Source of the DNA: Cyanobacteriota bacterium | GTDB taxonomy: Bacteria; Cyanobacteriota; Cyanobacteriia; Thermostichales; Thermostichaceae | Assembly: GCA_033764955.1 (NCBI GenBank) | Contig: JANRIL010000022.1 | Location: forward strand, 1-64,000 | Direction of reading: 5' to 3' | DNA: 64,000 bases | Part shown: positions 19,404-27,713 of the stretch, in pieces | Layout of the letters: every line of letters begins with the position of its first letter | How positions within the stretch are numbered: position 1 is the stretch's first letter | Program-made: the position numbers and the translations under genes | Notes under the pieces: generated by a model | Told to the model about the DNA's origin: nothing | The model's input: only the letters and a program-made list of their open reading frames with translations | Database searches by the model: none

Positions 19404-20135
19404 ATGCATCAACTGGAAGATAGCGGGTCAGAACACTCCTCTGATAGCAAAGCCGGACTGATTTGGCTGATGGGGGCGGCGGTGGTGACGATTCTGCTCT
19501 GGCAACTGCCTTGGGGGAACTACATTCTGTATCCCTTTACGATTTTGGCCACCTGGTTCCACGAAATGGGGCATGGGTTGACGGCGATTCTATTAGGGGG
19601 AAACTTTCAGAAGCTAGAGATTTTCCCCGATGGCTCAGGGGTGGCCTTTCACAGTGGTCAACTGTGGCTGGGGCGACTGGGACGATCGTTGGTGGCCGCC
19701 GGAGGACCGATGGCTCCCGCTATTGCGGGTTCGATCCTGATTTTGCTGTCTCGCCGTCCCCGTCCGGCTCGTTCTGGTTTGATTAGCCTGGGCATCCTGC
19801 TGCTGCTGTCGGCGCTGATCTGGGTGCGCTCCTCGTTTGGGCTGATGATCGTGCCTCTGCTGGGCTTAGGCATTTTGGGCATTGCCCTTTGGACTCCCCC
19901 CTGGCTACAGGTGTTGAGCGTGCAGTTTTTGGGGGTACAAGCCTGCGTGAGTACCTACCATCAGATTGGCTATTTATTTACCGATCAGGCTGTGATCGCC
20001 GGACAGGTCATCCATTCTGATTCTAGCCAGATCGCCCAAAATCTTTTACTCCCCTACTGGTTTTGGGGAGGATTGATGACGCTAGCATCGTTTATTCTCT
20101 TGATCCAAAGTCTACGCTTTGCCTATCAAGATTAA
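19404..20135 (+). CDS. Membrane metallopeptidase, M50B-like
   Basis: WFHEMGHG zinc motif, AAGGP, HSD; multiple TM segments. Confidence 0.85.
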   Translation: MHQLEDSGSEHSSDSKAGLIWLMGAAVVTILLWQLPWGNYILYPFTILATWFHEMGHGLTAILLGGNFQKLEIFPDGSGVAFHSGQLWLGRLGRSLVAAGGPMAPAIAGSILILLSRRPRPARSGLISLGILLLLSALIWVRSSFGLMIVPLLGLGILGIALWTPPWLQVLSVQFLGVQACVSTYHQIGYLFTDQAVIAGQVIHSDSSQIAQNLLLPYWFWGGLMTLASFILLIQSLRFAYQD

Positions 20136-20189
20136 TTTCTAGAAGATCAACCGCCAGGCAACTATATCGATATCAATCCCAAGACTCCA

Positions 20190-20474
20190 TCACGATTCCA
20201 CCTTCACACCCCGCCAAAAAGCAACATGGTCTTTGATCTGCTTGGCGGCATCCTTAGGTTGAGGATAGTACCAAGCAGCATCCTTGTTGGTCTGTCCATT
20301 GACTTCTAAAGTGTAGTAACTGGCAACACCTTTCCAGGGGCAGGTGGTGTGGGTATCACTGGGCTTGAAGTATTCGGACTTTATGGCGGAGGGAGGAAAG
20401 TAGATATTGCCTTCGACCGTTTCATAGGTGTCGCTTTCAGCAATCACAACGCCATTCCAAAGAGCGCGGGGCAT
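20190..20474 (-). CDS. DUF427 family protein
   Basis: WNGVVIAES, EGNIYFP, TTCPWKGVASYY, AAWYYP. Confidence 0.92.
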   Translation of the reverse strand: MPRALWNGVVIAESDTYETVEGNIYFPPSAIKSEYFKPSDTHTTCPWKGVASYYTLEVNGQTNKDAAWYYPQPKDAAKQIKDHVAFWRGVKVES

Positions 20475-20578
20475 AACCGATACGGGATAAGAAACATACC
20501 CCCAGTGTAGCGACTTCTAAAGGTGCTAATCGATAGAGATAGCCTCTTATCCCGAACCCAAGCAAACTAGGGATCCCG

Positions 20579-21172
20579 TTAGCGGCTACCCAAAGCCACC
20601 AGACTTTGCAAGAGGGGGGATTGTTGCATCGCCAGTTGATGGGAATGGTTAATCTCGTGAGACAGTAAGTAGGCCATCGGAGAGAGAGAAGTAAAGCTAG
20701 AGCGAGGGTGAGGAACAGTATTGTTACCAAACACCAAGCGATACTCCTCAGAATCCACAAAAGCATCCACCATTGCTTTTAGCCCCTCCTTCACCAAGAT
20801 GGAGTGATAGCCGGCTACCTCTGCTTTATGGCTAGGGGCGCGTCCCAAAAAATGTTTGAATGCCTGTTCGACACAACGGGTATTGCACCCCGCGTTAAAA
20901 AAGAGTTGCTGATAAAGATGCGAATGACCGATTTGGCGAACCAAACGACGTAGCCCAACTTTTCCCCGCAAAAATTCACCCTCTAGCTTGGCTAGTTCTC
21001 CCCGCCGCTCCTGCTGATAGGGTTGTCGTTCTAAAATCTGTTGATAGGTCGCCCGTAGGAGGTTTTGTAGGGTTACAGAATCGGCATTTCGCTCGTAATG
21101 CAAAATAGCTGAGTCCGTGCTAGCCATAACATGCATATGCTCTGCTCCTGATGGTTGAGGATAGGTGGTCAA
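20579..21172 (-). CDS. Stand-alone phycobilisome linker-domain protein
   Basis: YQQILERQP, FKHFLGRAP, FVDSEEY..FG..TVP motifs. Start uncertain (TTG 21172 or a downstream ATG). Confidence 0.85.
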   Translation of the reverse strand: MTTYPQPSGAEHMHVMASTDSAILHYERNADSVTLQNLLRATYQQILERQPYQQERRGELAKLEGEFLRGKVGLRRLVRQIGHSHLYQQLFFNAGCNTRCVEQAFKHFLGRAPSHKAEVAGYHSILVKEGLKAMVDAFVDSEEYRLVFGNNTVPHPRSSFTSLSPMAYLLSHEINHSHQLAMQQSPLLQSLVALGSR

Positions 21173-21977
21173 GTTATCTTCACAAACGCAACATACGAGA
21201 GGCAGGAGATCAAAAATTCTTTATTTTGACTCATTTCTCTCAGCCAATTCCCTAAGGATCCCTCGCATTTGTCTTGGGCTAGGCGGACGACTCATCGACT
21301 AGAATGCGAGAATTTGACTTAGCCGCAATTTTATAGGTAAAACTTGTCCCTAATTCCGATCTATCCCAATCAGGAATTTTTTGTCTATGGCTTTGTTAAA
21401 GAATTGATAAATGTTTATCCTAAATCTGCAAAAAATAGTTCTGGAGATCTGTTTTTCTCCCCCTGCTCTAGGGCTTTTGCCTTCCCCTCCGTATATTTAC
21501 AGTAATTAAGGATTGTTAAACCTCTATTCACAGAGAGGGATCCGTCTATCAAAATAAAAATTAGCTTATATCAAGCTTTTGCCTATTGCATTTCTTTAGT
21601 TGTCCCTAATCCCTTAACTTCAGGGACATTACCCATAAAACCTGCTACAGCCTAAACCTACTCATTCCGGTTTATTATGCTGCATTACTCTAGCAGTTAA
21701 AGTCTCTAAATCCCCTGAAAAGTTGGGGTCTAGTGGCCATGGGTCTGTTTCGGGGTAGATGGAGTGGTAAGCCCATATCTCCTGGGACTCAAGGCAATGT
21801 CTGTCAGCACGTCCGTTAACTTATTCTCAACTACTCGGGGTGGCTAGGCAAAGCAATTTCTTACTTGGAGGAGCTACTGACAAACTAATGTTGATATTTG
21901 CCCTTGATGAAGTTCAAGCTTTGTATCAGTTTTTCTGTCTTGTGTCCCTTTGCCTTCATTAGCAGGTGTCTAAAGCT

Positions 21978-22463
21978 ATGGTAAAACGGATTACCTTAGA
22001 ACCCCTTTCTAAAATTTCCGAGGTAGAAACCTATAGTAATTTACTGTCGGTCATTCTTTCTGAAGATCTGCATGTTTCGCGGGAATGTAATGGTCGTGGA
22101 CTGTGTGCCACCTGCCACATTTATGTGACGGCGGGCATGGATAGTTTAAGCCCCATGACTCCCCGCGAGATGAAAACACTGGAGGTGATTACCAGTGCCA
22201 GAGTGGATTCTCGTTTGGCTTGTCAGTCTAGAGTAGTTGGTGATGGAGTGGTGGTAGAACTACCCCCCGGTATGTATGTCAACTCCCTCCATGATATTGA
22301 GCTATTGGTGGGGAGGAGGGCAGAAGTGGATCTTTTGCACCCAGTAACCGGACGGGTTCTAGTGGAATCTGGCAAGGTGATCACTCGTTCTACCCTCAAG
22401 CAGTTGGAAAACGAAGATTTTCGCTTAATTGGTTCCACGCTAGCTAATTCCTCTAGAGTTTGA
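21978..22463 (+). CDS. 2Fe-2S ferredoxin, Slr0148/Fd5-like
   Basis: CNGRGLCATCH ... RLACQ; C-terminal extension GRRA..LLHP..G.VLVE.GK.ITRS. Confidence 0.9.
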   Translation: MVKRITLEPLSKISEVETYSNLLSVILSEDLHVSRECNGRGLCATCHIYVTAGMDSLSPMTPREMKTLEVITSARVDSRLACQSRVVGDGVVVELPPGMYVNSLHDIELLVGRRAEVDLLHPVTGRVLVESGKVITRSTLKQLENEDFRLIGSTLANSSRV

Positions 22464-22620
22464 GGATGTTAATCTAATTTTTTGCAAGACTGTGATCATT
22501 AACATGGCTGTGATAACCTAACCTTTTTGTTTTGGATGGTCAGCAACTTTGATCTGAACTTTGTGAAAATAAATGGATCGATGTTTTGAGCTAAATATCT
22601 AAAGAATTGTGGAGTATCCC

Positions 22621-23328
22621 ATGAGTACTGATGCCGCGCCCATACTAGAAAATCGCCCTGTTGTTACTTCTCCTGTGGGGAAGGATAAACATGCTCACTA
22701 TAGCTATCAGGATTTCTTTCGATTTAACCATCAAAAGGGTCAAATCATCGATTGGAATGGCAGTCAGAATCTACTACTAAGTGAAGACTTTATTGTCGGT
22801 TTACAGACAGGCTTAGAGCGAGAAGTGGGGGATGCATCTGCTGCCGTTATGTATACGATTGGTCTTGACTGGGGAAAATTTGATGCCGATTATTTCTCTG
22901 TCTGGTATGAAAAAGAATTTGGACTCTCTACCAAGCGTTCTAATCTGTTATTTCTATTAGAAACATGGTGGTGGCCTTTTACTGCTCAAGGCTGGGGAAA
23001 ATGGGAAGTAGAAACCGAGTCGAAACAGAAAGGTTTTATTTTTATCAATCTGTTTGATTCCATGGTGGCACGCACATTGGGAGATGTGGGTAAACCTGTC
23101 TGTCATTTGTATGCAGGCTTATTTGCTGGTTTTTTTACCTCCATGACTCAGCGGGATTTGGGGTGTATTGAAATCCAATGCTACGCCATGGGAGAAAGCT
23201 ACTGCAAGTTTTTATTGGGAGGTCAAGATCGCATTGATGCCGCTAACTTTTGGGTCAATGAAGGGGCAAGTGCCAGTGAGATCGAGCGGCGACTGATTAA
23301 CCAGGATATGCCGAAGCATCACAAATAG
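22621..23328 (+). CDS. V4R-domain protein, Slr0144-like
   Basis: WWWPFTAQGWG, VGKPVCHLYAG, CIEIQCYAMGESYCKF. Confidence 0.9.
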   Translation: MSTDAAPILENRPVVTSPVGKDKHAHYSYQDFFRFNHQKGQIIDWNGSQNLLLSEDFIVGLQTGLEREVGDASAAVMYTIGLDWGKFDADYFSVWYEKEFGLSTKRSNLLFLLETWWWPFTAQGWGKWEVETESKQKGFIFINLFDSMVARTLGDVGKPVCHLYAGLFAGFFTSMTQRDLGCIEIQCYAMGESYCKFLLGGQDRIDAANFWVNEGASASEIERRLINQDMPKHHK

Positions 23329-23386
23329 TTTGCATAGGATTCGGGAATGGTTAATTAACGATGCTTTATCTATCGGAGAAACCCTG

Positions 23387-23662
23387 ATGTCTAGATTTCC
23401 CCTTTCGGATCAGGATTTATTGCAATCAGCTCGCTCGTTTATGCAGCAGCTTAATTGGGATAATCGGGTAGTGATCCAACCCATTTCATCCCCTGAACCT
23501 CATCCCTCCGGTATCCCCACTTTGCTGATGGATTGGTCTGTGGAGCAGTTTTTTGCCTCCTTTGCCTGGACTGGGATCCAGTTGGAAACTTCCCTGGCCG
23601 ATCCTATTCCTGAGGACTACGAGGATCCCTTTACCCTGAATGATTTTTCAGATCTTTTCTGA
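23387..23662 (+). CDS. Small acidic protein of the Pap-like cluster (Slr0145-like)
   Basis: Repeated S..(S/Q)F....(N/A)W motif; ends TLNDFSDLF; SD GGAG; position in cluster. Confidence 0.65.
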   Translation: MSRFPLSDQDLLQSARSFMQQLNWDNRVVIQPISSPEPHPSGIPTLLMDWSVEQFFASFAWTGIQLETSLADPIPEDYEDPFTLNDFSDLF

Positions 23663-23741
23663 ACTATTTAATGGGGTCAATCAGGAAAACTAAGGTGTAT
23701 TTTTGGCTGAACTAGCCCTCATTTTTGGAGACGATTTCATC

Positions 23742-24284
23742 ATGGAATTGACATGGACACAACGGATCGCGGAATCTGAGGGTAGCTATTTGCCTTCGGA
23801 GCATTTAGCCGCCCTCAAGGAATATGCCGAGACATTTGCTCAACGTCAGGCTCTTTATCAAAAGATCTCGGAGCAGGAGGCTATCTGGATTGGACAACTG
23901 TTGCAGCAACAGGGCTATGATCCGCAACAATCTCTTCCTCGCCCTGCTCTCCTCTTGGCTGAACATTTGGCACGGAGTTTGCGAGCTGTAGCGATTAGCC
24001 TATTGAGCGATGATCTGGCTTTGTTGTCTCAACAAACCTTTGGGGTGATGGAGTCTTTTTTGTGCCTGAAAGATATCTTGGATCAGCTTTGGCAGCGGAT
24101 GCAGGGATCCCTTTCTGCCGAACAAATCCGTTGGCTCACCCCCTATTGGCAAACCCTTTTGGCGGCTTATGCCACCAGTCAATCGGTGGACACGGATCCC
24201 TCCCCCCCTCTTGCCTCTACCGAAATAGCCTCAGAATCCACCTCTAGCGAACCGCCTCTCACCCTGGCAGAAATGTTTGTTTAA
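23742..24284 (+). CDS. Degenerate phycobiliprotein/globin-fold protein
   Basis: SEGSYL...L..Y.......Y pattern shared with the 24431 ORF; no CxRD motif. Confidence 0.65.
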   Translation: MELTWTQRIAESEGSYLPSEHLAALKEYAETFAQRQALYQKISEQEAIWIGQLLQQQGYDPQQSLPRPALLLAEHLARSLRAVAISLLSDDLALLSQQTFGVMESFLCLKDILDQLWQRMQGSLSAEQIRWLTPYWQTLLAAYATSQSVDTDPSPPLASTEIASESTSSEPPLTLAEMFV

Positions 24285-24430
24285 ACGAGACTATTTCTGG
24301 TGAGTAAGTCTAGCTAGTTTGTCATTAAAGCCTAACTTTATGGAACGGGTTGTATGACGGCTTGAGAGCAATCACTTAAGTTCACTTGAGTTCCTGCGTA
24401 ATTTCTCCATTTTCAAACCAAGCACCCCCT

Positions 24431-24901
24431 ATGAACAGCACCATTCTGGAGATTGTCCGGCAATCTGAAGGTCGTTATTTACAACCCGATGAAATGCGTT
24501 CTTTGCAAGATTATGTGGGATCCCTTCCCCATCGCATTGCTGTTTATCAACATTTACAAGCCCAAGAAACGGCGTTGCTGGATAAGGTGATCAGCAAATT
24601 TCAGCCAATGCTGCCCAATTTGACTCGTCAGCATGGACCAAAAGCCTGGGATCGGTGCCGACGAGATCTATCGATGGTTTGGCGATACTGCTGTATGGCG
24701 ATGTTATTAAATGATGAAGATTATCTACGGGATAAGTTGCTCTATTGGATGGAAACCATTCTGAAATCTTTTAAGATGCGGGATCAGTGTCAGCCCGCCT
24801 ATAAGCTCATGCTAGATACTCTGCAATTTCTCTTTTCAGAAGAACAAATTAAATTGATTCGTCCCTATCTGCTGCTGGCCAAATCGATGCTAGTTGCTTA
24901 A
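24431..24901 (+). CDS. Phycobiliprotein-fold protein with intact CxRD motif
   Basis: SEGRYL, DRCRRDL, RYCCMAMLLND..YL..KLLYW. Confidence 0.85.
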   Translation: MNSTILEIVRQSEGRYLQPDEMRSLQDYVGSLPHRIAVYQHLQAQETALLDKVISKFQPMLPNLTRQHGPKAWDRCRRDLSMVWRYCCMAMLLNDEDYLRDKLLYWMETILKSFKMRDQCQPAYKLMLDTLQFLFSEEQIKLIRPYLLLAKSMLVA

Positions 24902-24977
24902 GGTCGATTCAAGTTGATTGTATTCATTGACTTCATTCATTACTAATGATTTCCCAGCTATGGGTTGGAGGTTAATC

Positions 24978-25649
24978 GTGACAACATTGCTAGAACTTTT
25001 GCAAGAACGCCCCCTCACCGGACATTGTTTTAAGCCCGAATACTACATCAAAGCAGATATTCACTCTGGACTTTTAGAAAGTCGCGGTGGATATCGACTG
25101 GCGGCTTTTCCCGAAATGTTGCTAAAGGCGATTTATTCAGGATTGCGCTACGAAACGGGGCAAGCCGCACGGGTCATTCTTTACAATTGTGGACAAGAAT
25201 GGGGACAAGAATTTTTTCGCCGCTTTGAACAAGAACTGACCCAATATCATCAGCAACCTCTGGTGGATTTGCCCATTGGTGTTTTGATTGATGCGTTTCA
25301 AGATCTTTGGGCTACCCATGGCTGGGGACGCTTAAATCTCAACTTTGAGCATGGGGATCACGGATTGGTGGAGGCTATTGTTTTTAATTCGGGTTTTGCA
25401 GCAGCAGCACGGGTGGCTCACCCCGATCAGTTAACTCAAGAACCTTCCTGCTATCTGGAAGCGGGGGTCTTATCGACGGTATTTTCTAAGTTATCGGGAC
25501 GAGATCTAACCTGCGTCCAAACCCAGTGTGAGTCGATGGGATCCGACCGTAACTGCTTCTTAATTGGCACATCCCAGCGGTTGCGAGACTGCCCAGAATG
25601 GATCCGCAAAGGGATCTCTCACTCGGAAATTCTCCAGCGATTGCTATAG
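24978..25649 (+). CDS. V4R-domain protein, Slr0147-like
   Basis: GTG with GGAGG; WATHGWG, PSCYLEAG, CVQTQCESMG. Confidence 0.88.
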   Translation: MTTLLELLQERPLTGHCFKPEYYIKADIHSGLLESRGGYRLAAFPEMLLKAIYSGLRYETGQAARVILYNCGQEWGQEFFRRFEQELTQYHQQPLVDLPIGVLIDAFQDLWATHGWGRLNLNFEHGDHGLVEAIVFNSGFAAAARVAHPDQLTQEPSCYLEAGVLSTVFSKLSGRDLTCVQTQCESMGSDRNCFLIGTSQRLRDCPEWIRKGISHSEILQRLL

Positions 25650-25833
25650 CCACAGGCGGACACCCTCATCGCTTTCCCCAGTCCAGCGGATTGGGGAACT
25701 TTTGTTGGGATAACCCAGAGAAAGGGGCTTCACGTCCGACAGCTCTCGATTTGGCGCGAAAAGGAATAGCATTTCTGGGCTTCAATGTTTATGTTAAGGA
25801 AAGTTCCTAGCAGTTCTCTCTGGGATCCCTTCC

Positions 25834-27636
25834 ATGCCGATGGACTCCATTTCAACCTCTGATCCGTTTCTGGATAGATTGCTGGTGCAACGCTACCGTC
25901 TCACCCAGATGTTGGGACAGGGAGCGATGGGACGGGTTTATCTGGCGGAGGACATGCAACTGGGACAAGTGAAGGTGGCAGTCAAGCTGCTCACCCACAC
26001 CCTAGGGGATGAGAAAATGAAGCTGCGCTTCGAGCGGGAAGCCAAGGCTTGCGCTTATCTCGGTCAAAAAAGTTTACATATTGTGCGGGTAAATGACTAT
26101 GGCATCACCAGTGACCAGGTGCCATTTTATGTCATGGAATATCTGCGTGGCCTCACCCTCAAAGAGATCCTGGAACAGGGACGGCTCCCCTTGCCACGTT
26201 TTTTTCGGCTCGCTCGTCAGATTGGCTTAGGGTTAAAAGCTGCCCACGAAGGAATTGTGTTGGAAGGGCGGACGGTTCAGGTCATCCATCGAGACCTCAA
26301 ACCCGCCAATGTGTTGGTGGTGGCGGATGACAGCCTGGGAGAAATGGCCAAACTCTTGGATTTTGGGATTGCCAAGCTGATTGCGGATTCCGGTTCCGTC
26401 AGTGTGACCAATGCCTATCTGGGAACCCTAGCCTATTCCTCCCCTGAGCAGTTGGAGGGTTTGCCCCTCGATCCCCGTTCCGACATCTATAGCCTTGGCA
26501 TCATGCTCTATCAGATGCTGTCGGGATCCCTACCCATCACCCCCACCACCGATTCCTTCCCCGGTTGGTATCAAGCCCATCACAAGCGCCGCCCCAAACC
26601 CCTCACCCCCCTGGTGGAAGAACTGTCCATCCCTGCTGAGCTTGGGGAACTGATCATGGCCTGTCTGGCTAAAGATCCGGCCTCTCGCCCCCAAACGGTG
26701 CAGGAAGTGGTGCAGCGCTTAGATACCCTCAGCGTTAGTCAGCCCCCTTCTCCCCTGCTCGTGCCTGTGGTGACTCCCCCCACCCTGGCGACCCACCGCC
26801 TCCGCCCCACCCCACCCCCCGCTCCGCCCCCCGCTCTCTGGAGTCGGATCATTCCCTTAGCCATTGGTGGATTGCTGGGGTTAGCCGCCTTTCGCCTTGC
26901 CCTCACCCTCCTGCCCTCACCCAGCCAAGTGGGAGGGGATCCTGCCACCTTTACCACTCCCCGCAGCGATGGGGATCCCAGCGGCGCGGCTCAGATTCCC
27001 GTTGAGACCGATGCCCTGACGCCCGCTCTGCCCGATATCCCTAACCTGGCTGACTCCCCCGAATTGCAAGGGGATCCCCAAGCCCAACTGCAAACCTTCC
27101 CGATTAACACTCCCCAAAGCGCCATCCGCCAACAGTTGGGATCCCCAACCGACTCAGGCAAAGGGTTTTGGCCCAACACCGTTTATGATCGCTACCGCTT
27201 GGGGGACGGAGACATTGATCTGGGATTGATCTATGACCAGAATGATCTGACCCTGCGCCAAACCGAAGCCACCATCAGCGATAGCGTTTCCGACGGGGTG
27301 GCGGCCAATCTGCTCGAAGACATGGTGCAACAACCCTTGCCGGAAATTTTGCAAGCCGGATTGATCGCCGTTCGTAGTCGCACCCAAAATCGCTATGACT
27401 TTGCCTCCGACTCTGGTCTACTGGAGGGTGTGATCGAGCGCAACCCCCAGGGGCGAGTTTATATGGCAATCTGGGAGCGGGATTTGCATACCAGTTCCCC
27501 TCCATCCCCCACCCAACCTGTGCCGCAGGCCACCCCCATCCCTCGCCAGCAGCCAGCCCAAGTTGCCCCCGCCAACCCCCGCTCAGGCAACAACCTGCGG
27601 AAGCTCGTGGAAAAAGCCCGCGATAGCAGAAAATAA
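25834..27636 (+). CDS. Membrane Ser/Thr protein kinase (SpkG-like position)
   Basis: LGQGAMG, VAVK, HRDLKPAN, DFG, SPEQ; Pro-rich linker, one hydrophobic segment, C-terminal domain. Confidence 0.92.
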   Translation: MPMDSISTSDPFLDRLLVQRYRLTQMLGQGAMGRVYLAEDMQLGQVKVAVKLLTHTLGDEKMKLRFEREAKACAYLGQKSLHIVRVNDYGITSDQVPFYVMEYLRGLTLKEILEQGRLPLPRFFRLARQIGLGLKAAHEGIVLEGRTVQVIHRDLKPANVLVVADDSLGEMAKLLDFGIAKLIADSGSVSVTNAYLGTLAYSSPEQLEGLPLDPRSDIYSLGIMLYQMLSGSLPITPTTDSFPGWYQAHHKRRPKPLTPLVEELSIPAELGELIMACLAKDPASRPQTVQEVVQRLDTLSVSQPPSPLLVPVVTPPTLATHRLRPTPPPAPPPALWSRIIPLAIGGLLGLAAFRLALTLLPSPSQVGGDPATFTTPRSDGDPSGAAQIPVETDALTPALPDIPNLADSPELQGDPQAQLQTFPINTPQSAIRQQLGSPTDSGKGFWPNTVYDRYRLGDGDIDLGLIYDQNDLTLRQTEATISDSVSDGVAANLLEDMVQQPLPEILQAGLIAVRSRTQNRYDFASDSGLLEGVIERNPQGRVYMAIWERDLHTSSPPSPTQPVPQATPIPRQQPAQVAPANPRSGNNLRKLVEKARDSRK

Positions 27637-27713
27637 TCTAACCGTTTGCGGTTCCCACTTTTTATGATGTGGGCTATGCCTACCCTCGCGTTCGGTGTTC
27701 TTCAGGTTGATTC

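Noticed and set aside
21868..21962. Short ORF MLIFALDEV... before the ferredoxin
   Set aside because: The GGAGG is too far from the ATG, the ORF is only about 24 codons, and nothing else supports it.
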